Origin: Octopus bimaculoides
Taxonomy: Eukaryota
NCBI RefSeq assembly: GCF_001194135.2
Contig: NC_068981.1
Coordinates: forward strand, 129,381,377 to 129,445,376
Direction of reading: 5' to 3'
DNA length: 64,000 nucleotides
Below are positions 40,301 through 54,351 of this stretch, one piece after another (position 1 is the first letter of the stretch; each line of letters opens with the position of its first letter). The notes beneath the pieces were generated by a model that saw only the letters and a list, made by a program, of their open reading frames with translations, was not told where the DNA came from and did not search any database. The translations under genes and the position numbers were made by a program.

Positions 40301-43300
40301 GATATAGGGAGATACGTGAAAAGAGATGGGAGTGGATATTTTGAATGAAGTTGGAGTAGAATTTGAAAGTCTGGAAGAGCAAATGTAGTAAGAGAAGAAA
40401 CAAATTTACTACATTATTGGATAAATTACTGAAGGTTGACAATGAGAAAAGAACTGAAGTTGACAGATTACAAAAGATGTACTATCCAGATATTTGCGTA
40501 TCAATCCCTATTAAAATGTATCTAGGCTGCCCTATAAATTCATTAGATAGCAGAAACTGACATTTTTGGCCCTGAAAGATGCCTAACGTTTTAGCATTTA
40601 AACCAGCCATATCTGGCCCATTGGCCTCTCTCACCTTCCCTACAATGTCATTCTAAAAATATAAAATCACATTAAAATCTCAAAGCTATGATCTAATGCA
40701 TGATCAATTCAAAACAATGTGAATAAATAAGCATTAATTTTGACAATAATCTGAATGCTAAAGGACTAAACTCCTGTAGTTACAATTACGACAAACTATA
40801 GCACATGATGAATCAACTCTAGATTTTCTTACTACATATTTTTTTCTACCCTGTCCCGCTCTTCTAAACAATCACATTGGTCATACTTCTCTCACCCAAA
40901 TAAAAACATTTCTTTTTCTCAAAATTTCCATTTCTTGAGATGTCATTGGAAACTATCACATCCAATCTATCACTGAACTTTTTCATAATTTATGTGAAAT
41001 AACTTGGCAAGACTTCTGCTCATCCCCACCCCAAAAACCACTCTTCTTAAAAAATTTTGTTTTTGGACACAAACCGGCATTTTTAAATTACGACCACCCC
41101 CTCCCCGCCATTTTTTACTTTTTTCAGAAATCTTTTTTTTTCAAAATATGTGGAAAAATACAGAGATGAGATTATGATTCTGAAAAATAATTTCCAAAAA
41201 TTTTTGTTAAATTTTTTTAGAATTTTTTTTTCTTCTAAATTTGCGGAAAAATACAGACAAAAATTTCAAAATATTTCTGTAGTTACGGTCAGAGTTAGTG
41301 TTGGGGGGAAAAAAAAAAATCAAAATTGAAGAATTTGGGGTGGGGGAATAATTTAGCAATGCCAATTTTTGGCAATTTTCTGGAACCTCTGTGTCCGAAA
41401 ATGGGGTTTTTGGCAAAAAATTTTTTTTAAATAAACAAATTTGGGAGAAAATGGGGGCACGGAAGTCTTTCCAATAACTTAAATATTTGACTTCAAATTT
41501 CTCAATACTCACTGTTCACCAAAATCTAACATTGTTGGATCAAGCCGAACCCCATTTGGTAAATTATTTTCTTCATGAAAGCTGAAAGAAAAAAATTGTA
41601 AATATGAATAATGTGAAAATTACTACAACTCTAACTCAACAATTGTAAGAAATAACATGCTAAACTTACTTTAATTCTGAATAACTTTCACCTGGTTTTA
41701 TCTGAAATAGAATAGAAAATTGATAATTATAAAAGTTCTCTGAATATCAAATGTAGGAACAAGACAGTGTTAACAGAAAAGTAGACAATAATATTCCAAA
41801 CAGAAAAAATTAAATTACATGCCAGCTTTGCTTAAATATCACTTTTCAGTTTGTAAAAATCATCCTTATTTCAATGCTGAAACATAGTACACAGCTACTA
41901 CTATTGTGCAATTCTAAAGATGTGCTCAAGTACAAGAAAAGGGTAATCATTTCAGCCATACTGAATCAGTAAATACAAGCAAATATTAGGAAATTGTAGT
42001 CCAATGAAATTTCTAAAAGATAGTTGAAATAGATAGGTTTGTCAAGTAAAGGGCTGAACATCTGTCTTAGTACTGAAGGGTTTTCTTGAATTTAATATAG
42101 TCCATTCTTAAACATATACTTCTAAAAAAGAACCGTAGCAATGTGAGCCTGTTTCCAAGAATACTTAAGAAGGGGACTTAAAACCAATTTTAGAAATAAT
42201 GATCTTGGAATAGTTTAAGGATTGTATATTATATGAAACAAAAAGTAATGTTAATCAGATAGACAGATATTAAGCTTTATATTTATACTACAGTTTGAAG
42301 TCTGTACTTAAGGAAATTTGCTTTGACTTGGACAACACAAAATTCCAGTTACTACAACTGAAAATTTAACTTTCTAACATTTTAAAGATCTACTCTCCAA
42401 ACTCAACCAGTCACCAATAGATGTTCAACCACCCTGCATTCTGTACCTAAATATTCCCTTCTAATAAATCATTGGTCTCGTGATCTCAACATTTTCTAGT
42501 TACATTCCATATATGATGGTCAACTCATTCAGAAGCTGAAACTTTCATAACTTACATCTGGTAGACAAGTGACTGCCAGAGCTGTCCCTTTTTTTTGTGT
42601 GCAAATTTAGCTTTTGAGATATCCAATTAGAAATATAAAAATACCATAAATCCTCGAGTATAATCCGCACATTTTCCCCCAAATTTAAAGGTAAAAATTT
42701 CTAGTGCATACTATATACGAGGTTAAAAATGAAAAATATTTTCTAAGCAAAATTTTTTAAGTGATAAATATGTAAAAGCAATTTACTTAATATTTATTTT
42801 TCACTGTTATTTCTTTATTTTCTGCAAACAAAGTGCACAAAAAGCTACATGTTTGCATTATGTTATATATACAATAATAATAAAGGACGTTACTGTATAT
42901 ACGTTTACAAACCAAGGACGTTATATAGACCTTCTTCACTCAAGTTAGAGAATGGGTGCATATTATACACAAGGTTTAGGTTTTTCAGAGGTACAGCCCC
43001 CTAAAAATCCCCTGCGTATTATACTCAAGGGTGGACTATACTCGAGGATTTACAGTCTAAATTTACTACAATTTGAACCAGAGCATAATAGCCATAAGAC
43101 AATATCTGATGATTCACACTAGTTAATTACTTGGAATTTCAATTCTATACAAGCTATTAAATGAGACCACTAATCCTAATAGTCACTATCATTAGCAGAG
43201 AACACTGTTCACAAGTGAGCCGCTTCCTTACTAAATTCTTTCATTTATCTGTCCCAATGTGCAACCTATTGCCAAACAAGGCACTCTTGACTGTTAACCA

Positions 43301-46300
43301 ATCTTAATCACCTCCAAGATTATGACAGATCTTATTTCAGCAATCACTTGTTAAGGTTTCTCAGAGATAGATTTATTGAAGAACTCTTTTACAGGTCAAC
43401 ACAGAGGTCTCTTGTTGGTGTAAATTTCAAGAGACCTTCAGTCAAATATAGCATAAAAACATTTTAGCAATGTAGCACACTTACTGTTTGTACTCAACAT
43501 TAATAATTTGTATTCCTTTGACAGGTGTTGATTCAGCTCTTTTTAGTCATTACAAGTTAATTTTTGTAGCATATCCAGTAGTTAGCTGAGTCTTGCTTCT
43601 TGACATTAATATTGTCATAGACCCCACTAACTACATATTCTTAAAGTAATATCACACAATACCTTAGGCCTCTCTTTCCAAAAGCCTCTTTCACATAGAA
43701 CCTCTCTTTAGGTCTGCACATTCTTCATGAACAGAGACTCCTTAAACATACTTGCAAAGATGATTCAACTGAATGTACACTAGAATAAAAAAAAGGTTAA
43801 AAATGCCTACAACACTATACCCCTTATATTCATATCTAGAACAGTCACCATATTTAATGCCTAATAATCTGATAATTTATTCCAAAATTGATCTTTAGTA
43901 TTTTAGATGGTGCACCATTATATTGCATTTTGAACTGAATCCAGTCATTAAACTGATGAACTTTCACAAAACCTACAACTACTGACATTCTAATCAAATT
44001 ATGGCTCTTTTAGTTGTTTTTCCTTAGAAGGGGAAGGGGAGTGCCATGACTGGAGAGCTTAGCAGGAGGAATAAACCAACAACCGAGCAGATTCTGGTGA
44101 AAGCACCCAAAGTGGTGGTGTTAGATTGAGTAATGGGTTAAGGCTCCTGTTGAAAAATAGATATGGTCCACTGACAGATTTCCAGAGTTTAGTTACCCAA
44201 TTTGACTTATAGACTTGTTGACCAGAGGCTACAATAGAAAACACTTGTCCAAGATGCCGCACAGTAGAATTGAAACTGGAACATGATTGCAGAGCAAATT
44301 TTACAATGATGTCCTCACTTTCTGTACTGTCAGTCATCTCCTACTCTCCCCAACCTTTCAATCATCCCTCCACCCTTATCCACTATTCACCCTATCCAAT
44401 CTCTAGACATCACCTACTCCTTCCAACTCATATTTATCATTAACCACCTTTTAATCCTTGTTCTTCCTTCATTGTACCCTCCACTTCACTCTTACCCCAT
44501 CTCTACCCATCCTTCAGTCACTTCATACACTTTTGCAACTTCTACTTGCCCACACTTGTTCCCTTCTTGTACTTTGAGGGTTCACCCTAACACTTCATCA
44601 CTACCATTTTGCTCTCCAGCACCACACTGTTCTATAATGCAAATAGGCATGTAGTTAACTGCAGGAAGAAACCTGTTCCAGCCCTTTCTTTCATTTGACT
44701 CCTAGTATAAGACTGTCTCCCTTTTTGTGGTATCCCTAATCAGTTGAAAGAAATTATTTTTCTTGTGAGCTATGTAGCAATCTTAATAGCATTAGTACCT
44801 AAAGACAGAAAAGCGCCCAGTACACCCTGTAAAGTGGTTAGCATTAGGAAGGTCATCCAGCCATAGAAACCATGCCAAAGCAGACATTAGAGCATGATGC
44901 AGTCCTCAGGCCAGTCAGATCCTGTCAGACTGTCCAACATATGGAAGAATAAAGGATGAATGTTAAAAGATGATAATGGTGATGTTTGTGCCATGTGCTA
45001 CTTCAACAGCCCTTAAAATTACTGATTATATTGCTGATAATGAGCTGGAAATGAATCTTGTTATTGGAAAAAGGTACAAGCTCTTTACATTTCTTCCAGA
45101 CACTATTCTTTAGGAAACGAAGTTGCCTAATACACACAAAGAGAGAGTGGAGGAGAGAGAAAGAGCTTGCTCGTTGCTATCTTAGCCTTGGCATTAGTCT
45201 ATAATATAGACCGTAACTTTTTATTACAATATAACCCAATAATGTCATGAACAGCTTCACAAATAATCATCTATACCTATTTTTATTAACCATTGGACCA
45301 TACAAGATTATCTAGTGTTTTTTCTGAATAATTGAACAGAATAATCATTTGTTTTAACCCATTACCTACCAGTGATCTTATATGAGATCACTTAAAAATT
45401 ACAAATATCTGTCAATATTTACACATATCTAACCTTTTTGCTATATCTACTAGGTATATTTCTCTGATATTCAAATGAGGTTTGCTAATTTTCCATCCAA
45501 TATCTCGCTTATTTCTATTTAAAATGTTATTTTGATCATTCCAGCAGGTTTCTAAGGTTGTTTTATGCTAAAAATCAAAGTTTCATTAAAAAATTCCAGT
45601 TAATAGAATTATGGGAGGTAATAGGTTAATGAAGTATTTTTCCTGTAGCAGCTTCACCATAGAAAACATTTGTGGCCATAAACTGAATTCAAAACATTGC
45701 AAACCACATGACTAATGTTCAACTCTAGATTTACTTAAAAAATATAATCTGGCTTTATGGCTCAACCTATTTAATGTTATCCTTCATGCTTATCTATCCC
45801 TCTGGTGAATTGTGAGTCTTAACCCTTCAGCATTCAGATTACTCTAATATAATGCTTATTTATTCATATAGTTTTGAATTCATTATGCATTAACTCATAG
45901 CTTTGAGATTTTGATGAAGTGGTTGTTTATTGAAAGAATGACATTGAAAGGTAGGTCTGAGAGATAAGGTCTAGACAGTTTGAACATAAAATAGGTAGAA
46001 TATTTGGACCAGATAATGGCAAGTTTAAATGCCAATTTACTAATTCAAAAATTGTCTCATCTTTTCCATATGTGTGTCTATAATGAAGAGATTGTACTTT
46101 AGAAAGTGGTCAATTTCATCTGTGTGTGTTAATATAGCCTTAGATTCTGTAATGTATAATAGCATCACATATCTTGCTATTATAAAATGTAACCATTTTC
46201 ACTAAAGAATATACCAACTTTTATGTTTAATAAGTTTTACCACTGCATCATGAAATCAAAGTAGACCAAGTCAAAAGGGGGTTGGCTTACAGATCAGAAA

Positions 46301-49300
46301 ATCCGTACCCATTGCTTTTGTGCTGTGTATAGCACCAAGACACTTATCTTTTGCTGGTGTAAGTAGAACTTTATATTGAAACATCTAGAATATTTAGCAT
46401 TTTTTGGGAATTGTGATAAGTTCAAATCATACTAGTCACAGCTAAACAGCTGGGTGGGTTCGCATGAAAAATAGCACACATGTGGAAACAGGTGCATAGA
46501 TTGGAATGCGGTTTGTATTTTTTTCCTAGCCCCCATACTTACTGAGAAAATCAATTAAAACTTTTTCTAATGGAATTCCCGTGTTTGCTCCACCATATAC
46601 CATTTCGCTTAGCAACAAGGGGAGTACAGGATGACAATCAGCCAAAACTTTTGCTATGCTGTCTCTTCTTTCCTCTCTCTGTGGGGTTAATAATCTTAAT
46701 CTTTAGTTACAGTTTCTCCTTCAAAAAGGTAGAATTGTCGGATTAAGACAGTAGGGTGTTTTGAGGGAGATTTGGCTGCTATTCCCACCAGGTCTAGCTA
46801 CCATGTAGAGGTTGGAATTTAATTTTCATTCACATATTTGCATTTCAAAAATTTAACAATCTTTTCTATAAATCAATTATCATAAAAATTTTATATGATG
46901 ACATTTTCTATGTATGTGTGTGTACCTTAAAAGACGTCAATCATCACGACACACGCCTTCACTCACTCACTATCTCTCTTTCTCACCCTCTTTCTCTCAC
47001 ATGTGCAAGCATGCGCGTATGCATGCACACACACAAACACGTCCATTTCATATATCTTCTGTCAATTTCTGCTCTCTGCAAATAAAATTTTTACAGATAT
47101 AACTGCTTACAAAAATAGGGATTAATGTATAATTTCTTTCTATGTTCATAATCAAATCAATGTTTTAATGGTTAGACAGAAGTCCAATAGAATAGCTCTC
47201 AGAAACAGACTACGTACAAATTCATTCTTCACAACTCCTGAAGTTGTTTTCTCCTGGTGGGGTCAGGAAATTTTCATACAGCTGGAGGCTCTAATCAAAA
47301 CAGGGGACCCAAAATGATAAGGTTGAGAAACGCTGTTATAGATTATGTCTAACTGAAAACGATCACAGCCATATCATCCAAACAGACCGGGTGAAACTGG
47401 GCTTAGCTGCTAGACTTGTATATACATGAAGATTCCATAACTTAATGTATCCTCCTATAACAGTTTTTTGGGGGGCACACATTTCTGGGTTGAAAATGAC
47501 TGCTCTTTGTGTGTATGTGCATCAATAGTATCAGTGTTAGTTCGTGATCAATTTGTTTCACTTATTTATATGACATGGATAGATTTAATATTAAATATAT
47601 TGATTTTGTTATTTCTCTCAAAGAGGAGGAATGTACAGTTAGCTGAATCTAATTCAAACTGCATTAGGTTCTATACTATATTCCCTTAGTTGAGGTGAGG
47701 AAAAAAAAAAAAGAAATCAAAGCAAGTAGAATTTGAATTCAGAAACAGGTGATGCCAAACTAGATATTACACAGTGGTATAATGAATTTTTTGAGTACTG
47801 CAGGAAACATTACTAAATAGTATGAATGTAAATATAACAAAATATATTTTCAGGAATGTTTTAAGCCACTCCTACCTATAAAGTGCAAAGTAAGAGATCT
47901 GAGTATGTACTACAATATGAGGATTAGAGATGTGAGGTAGTCTGGATTGCAAAGTAGTATACAGAGAGAATCAAGATACCATTGGTGAAGAGTGTGTATG
48001 GAACAATAGCAGTGCACTTGCTCTCCTTGGTACCAAAAAGAAAGACTGTTGAAAGGAAATGCATAGAAGGGATTGGGTCCACCCCAAGTAGATCCAACAG
48101 AATGACAAGCCAGTTAAATTGACAGCTCTACAGTCAAAAGTGGGATTAAAGACATGGCAGCAGGACCATCAGAGAGATGCTGAAAATGTTTGACACAACA
48201 AGTCAAGTGCTAATCATTTGCACAGTCATCTGGGCTGTACAAGAAGTTGTCATATCCAATAAATGTCGTGATATCAGCATTAACTGCAACAAGAGTAAAA
48301 TAGATGCACTAGAGAGGCAACTATGAAGGCATCAAATAGATGAACTTGGTTACAAAAGTTACTGCACAATTGATTAGGTAGATATTTAAGGCTGAGTGAG
48401 TAGTTTTGATTTAAGCTTGGATGGAGTGCCACTAATACCTTCTTCCTAGTGAGTATTTAGCTAAGAATAAGCTACTCTACCTAACATTTATTGACCTAGA
48501 AAAGACTTTGACAGGGTTCTACACTCTGCTAAAGCTTGTTGATCACTAAAAGAACTGGAAACAAATGAATGGCTCATGAGAGCCATGCAAACAAAGCATG
48601 TAGTACCATCAGTAAAGTGAGAGTTATCAAGAAGTTTGGTGAGAGATTTAGAGTGTAGGCTGGTGTATATCATGGTTAGTGCTGTCTCTTCCTGCTAATT
48701 ATAGTCTTCTGCGTCATAACAGAGAAGTTTAAGACTGGCTGCCAATGAGAACTTGTGTATGTCGAAGTTCTTACAGCTGAATCAGTCAACTATTTAAAAA
48801 GAAAATTCCAAACTTGTAAGCAACAAATAAATTAAAAGGACTTAAAGTAAACCTAGTAAAGACTAAGATTTTAGTTAACAAGAAAGAAGACAAGATTCCA
48901 CTGCCATGAAGAAAGTAGAAATGTTTGATATGAAGTAAAGGAATAGTTAGGATTCTATGATGTAGCTTGTGTAAACTATGAATGTTTAAGTGTAATGCAA
49001 TCACTGGCAGTCTGATAGAGAAGTTAGATGCCATATATGGCAGATGTACAAGGGTAGATAGCCATAAGAATAGGCATAAAATAAATTGCTGCAAAATCTC
49101 AAAAGGCTCCCTAGAAGTTTGGTTAGCCGTTCTGTTGGTCAGTGGAATTCCAGAGACAATAACTAAACCACCTCTGTTGTGTCTGGGTTGTTTCCAGAAG
49201 CAAGTGCCTAGGCTCAAGTATACTTACTGCCTCACTATTCATGGATATGCTACAAAAACACAAGTCAATACTTTTGCAGCATTCACGGAGAAGCAGGGGA

Positions 49301-52300
49301 TGTCAAATACCAGTTAAGTATAACCATACATATTTGCCTTGGGGTCCTTCCCTCTGGATTTTCTGTAGGAGCTTACTCTCTTAGCCCTTTTTTTAAATGC
49401 TCGATAAATTACCCTACAAGGTAGTAGGGTTTCATCATCATTGTGGGAATGGTTTGAGCAGAGCCAGTCTCACTCTCTTGTCCTTCAAACTTGTATTGGT
49501 CTGGTGCAATAAGTTCTATGAGCCCAGGAGTCACCAAGATGTAAGATTTGTAGGGAGTTATCTTCTTCCAGAGGTAGTTCTGTGACAAGCTAATTAACCC
49601 ATGGCTGGGATTCTGACCAGTGCTACCACTCTAGGTCAGAGTAGACCTGGGAACAATAGTGGCTAAAAGGTGGTTCCACACTTCCCAAAACCCTGAAACT
49701 CCTAAACCAGGGCCCCACTACTGGATGCAGTTAAAAATCAAACCTAGACATAGTTAAACATTTGCAACTTTAAGTGACCTAATTAGCAGTGGAATGTGTT
49801 CCAAAAGTGTAGTTGCTGGAGTGAGACTGGCAATGGGAAATATTCAGGGAATTATTACTCCTGCTCATAACAAATGGATTGAGCATGTTCCATTGAATAA
49901 TATGGTAACATTAGTGTGCATGAATGACAACGTAAAAGTGAGCTGGGACCCAAACTGGATGTAAGGGGAATCAGATTTAGGATGCAAGAAAGAAAACTAT
50001 GCAATAACAAGCATATGAAGGACCTCAATTGGATAAAGAGATGCTGCACATGCCAAGTGGATGGAACTAGTGGAAGAGAGAGACCAAGGAAGACAGGATG
50101 AAAAGATCACAAGAAGTTGAAACTTGCAAAACAGATGACAAAGAACTATAACATTGAGCAAAATGCTGTATTGGAAAGGACCCTCCCAAGTCAAGCAAAC
50201 ACAAAATATGATGATGGGAGTGACGGAGATTGGGATGCATACCTATTATGTCCATAATGTTCATATTAAATTTCCATCTCAATCCTTTTCTCATTTATCA
50301 CAGAACTTCTTTACTATCATATTGCACTGAATCTGTGCCATACACCGTTTCTCATTGCCAGTGCCCCTGGACTGGCTCTTGTGCGGGTAGCACATAAAAT
50401 ACACAATTCTGAGCGTGGCTGTTGCCAGTACCGCCTGACTGGCCTTCGTGCGGGTGACACATAAAAGCACCCACTACACTCTGAGTGGTTGGCGTTAGGA
50501 AGGGCATCCAGCTGTAGAAACTCTGCCAAATCAGATTGGAGCCTGGTGTTGCCATCCGGTTTCACCAGTCCTCAGTCAAATCATCCAACCCATGCTAGCA
50601 TGGAAGGTGGACGTTAAACGATGATGATTGCTACCCACCAATCTTTCCCATTGTTTCCACTAGTATTCATTCCTGACAACTATCACTCCCTCTTCTATTA
50701 CTATTTCTTACATTATGCTGCTCAAGCTGTTTCTTTTTGATATTCTTCCCAACAACCATTATGCAGTTATCACTGTCCCCCGTTCTATTACTCTTCTACC
50801 TCACTTTTACTCCTATTCTGATTCCCTTCTGATACTCTATCATCTCACTTTACAGTTCTGTGGAAAAGAAGAATGAATGAAGACAACCTCTCTGGTGCTG
50901 ATGAACAACTTCCATGATAAAAGTATACTTTTGTAAAGAGGTTGTCAATAGGAAGAATATCAAGTCATAGAAGCCTTGCCAAAAATGGAACTTGCAAGCA
51001 AGATATAGTTCCTGGTAAGTCTAAGAAATCAGTAGCTCCAAATAACCTGAATTTTGATGACCCATCCCATCCATGCCAGCATGGAAAAGTGGGCTATGAC
51101 AAAAATGATGATAAACCAAATATTAAATATCAACTTAATTACAATGGCATGATAAAAATTTAAAAAATGTTGAATGTCTATCGTATAACTGGGCACCCTG
51201 GACACTCTGAAGTTTTTTTTTCCCACCTGACTGGCCTTCGTGCTGGTGGCACGTAAAAGCACCCACTACACTCTCGGAGTGGTTGGCGTGAGGAAGGGCA
51301 TCCAGCTGTAGAAACTGCCAAATCAGATTGGAGCCTGGTGTAGCCATCTGGTTTCACCAGTCCTCAGTCAAGTCGTCCAACCCATGCTAGCATGGAAAGC
51401 GGACGTTAAACGACGATAATGATGATGATGATTACATGCTGAATTTTATAAAATCAATGTACAAACAGTCCAAAACAATTTTACTTCAAATAACAATAAC
51501 TCTCAGGAGCTGTAGTTCTAAGTTGCAGTTCACTAGAAATAGTGTTCATATCTAATTTATCAAGCTGCTTTGTAGAACTTAACCATTCATAGCTGACTGA
51601 CTAAATGTAACACAGTCACTGATTTATCACTACTAACATAGGAATTTATATTAATAAAATTACAAGTGTCAACATGAAATAATGAGATGAAAGTACACTT
51701 TGTTGTAAGCGAAATAAAAAACTAAGAAAACTAAGCTTTATGCCTTTCTTTTTAATATTGTTTCTATGCAACATAGTCATCTTGTATCATCTCTTTGTTA
51801 GCCCCCAGTGAGCAATAAAAAATCGAACGACTTGGAAGTTCATATTTAGTAGGTATTTCTAGTTTAGAAGGGAGTTTGATCAATGAAGTAGTTCTTAAAA
51901 CGAAAAACTATACGTAATAGAGAGAAACAGATAAAAGAGAGTAAAAGAAAATAAAAGTGACAAAATAAGGTAAATATATTAGGTACAGTAAACAAGCCTT
52001 TGAACACGTGGATCAGAGTTGGTTATAATTATATAAAGAGATTGATTGAAAACACTTCACAATGGGTCAAGGTTTGACACTGATAATGATGAGGACTTCA
52101 AGATGAGGTAGTAAGATTAAAAATGACAAATATACTGTGCACATTAGATAATTTTATAAACTAAAGCAAATATAGGTAGCTTTTCTAGCGTTAATATGAG
52201 CCAGGCAAACTGTAGCCAAAGATTATATTCAATTTATATAGAAAATAGGATGCGAATGTTTTAAATATCCTGTTTTAATTACCCACCACAAAATGTGTTG

Positions 52301-54307
52301 GATAAAAATGGCTCAAACTCAAGGTTACTCAGCTCTCATCAATTAAGTCGAAAGAAAGACCATTGTGTTTATACTGTGGGTTGTACTGAGAATATATAGT
52401 TCTATATTTAAAATACTTCTTAATACCCTACATGATCGTAAAAAATCGTTTTCGTTCATTTGAATTATTTTAGCTTCTATATGAAAATTATTCTAGTAAA
52501 TAAATATTTAGTTTAATGATCACTTTCATTATTACGATTGGCTAATTGTTGGACCAAATGAAAGTTGCTTAACTTTCTGTGATCCGACTTACCAAGTTTT
52601 ATTTAAGGGAATAATTTTAAAAAATCAGTTGATATTACACATATATATAAAAGACTGTAAACTCATGTGTGGTGTGTGTGTGCGCGCGCGCGGGCCCTAG
52701 GAATGAGGCAGAAAGTTCAGAGGTAATTTTTCAATGAAAACGAAATAGTGAGGGAATCGAATTTTGCACATCAAAAATTCGACAAGTTTAATCTTTTACA
52801 CGCAAGATCTGTTTATGATAAGCGTCATTACACACACAATAGTCTAGATTGTGAAAATAATAGCTAACAGTAGATGATTATCAAACTGAAGGTGTGCACA
52901 GTACTTAGGACATTAATTTAAATTGATTTCAATTAAATGCTGTAATGAGAAAAAAGGAGAAATAATAGATGTCCTTGAGGATAATATGAAAAATAACCAC
53001 GCTTCCAAAGACTAGCAAAATAAAGATGTAAAATAAAAGACAATATTGACGATGATATAGGTGTTTATGCCCAAAGTAATATTTGTTATAAAAATAATAC
53101 TAAGAATAAAATCCCCTCAGATAACGAAAGCTATTTTGGCTCCAAATCCACTTGTTATATTTTCCTAATTGTCCATCTGTCTACATATTAAGACAATTTG
53201 AAGGCTGGAAATAAAAGTAATGACAGGGTTGCTTGATGGAATGCGAGAAATGATAATTGATCAAGTGTGTTATAACGTAGTAATATATCTAAGCGAATCC
53301 TTCCTGTATAACAGTGCTGATATATAAATCACTAAAGGAGAGAATGAAGCTTGAAGCACTGACGACGACGTATGGACGGATAATATACAGCGTGATGTAT
53401 TAAACAGGAGATTTACAATGGGTCATCAACAGACGGGCGCGCGTATATACACATATAAAGGATAAACATACTTACTTCTAATGGTAAATGGTGTAAGTCT
53501 CCAACTATATATGTAAGATGTTTGTCAGTTTGAATAAAAGCTGTGGAGAAGCGATAATAAAAATAAAAATACAGTTACATGAAGATAACATAAAAATAAC
53601 AACAATCACAATTATTAATGTAATTTTATTAAAGTGTCATCCGTTCATTAAGAACTAAACAGTAAATATCAGTCTTGCTGGTAAACAAGCCATATAGTAG
53701 TTCTATAGCCTCCATACACGTTAGCATACAATGAACACAAACACATACGTATATAGAGAACAATTACAAAGATAGGGGACCATTTTTTTCTTTTGTTTAC
53801 CGGAAATTATATCAAATATGTATTCAGATGGAGGATTTTGCTTTTAATTATCATTAATGTAATGTTGTTATGGATAATACAGTAGCGAATTTAAGGAACT
53901 AAGCCAGTCGACTCAATACAATTTCCGTGAGGGAGAGTGTTTCTTTATAACAAACACATGTAAATGCCTAAAGCAATAAAAATATGTAAATCATATGTAA
54001 ATACGACGAAATGGGTATCAAAATTTATTGTTCGTCTGTACATACACAAAAGCACGTTATAAACGACATGAAGTCGAAAAGAAATAAAACCTATTTTAGA
54101 CTGGTAAGTGAACAAGAGAAATTATAGTAAACAGGATATGTTTAAAAGTGGATAGTTTGGTAGTGCAGTGAAAGAAATTAGAGAAAATAAGCAGTTAGAA
54201 ATAACGTACTATTGCAAAAATAGTCGACAGAAAACAGCTGAGGAAAACAGTAATGGGTATTTTCGTTACAAAAACATACAAACAGACCTATAATCAAATA
54301 TATTCTC

Positions 54308-54351
<44 letters not shown>

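Noticed and set aside
40990-41480. Homopolymer-rich stretch and ORF 41207..41512 (similar texture at about 14090-14240 and 17040-17340)
   Set aside because: Looks like low-quality or low-complexity sequence; no recognisable protein.
50317-51347. Recurrent [11 protein letters not shown] ORFs (also 27958..28299)
   Set aside because: Antisense translations of SINE copies.
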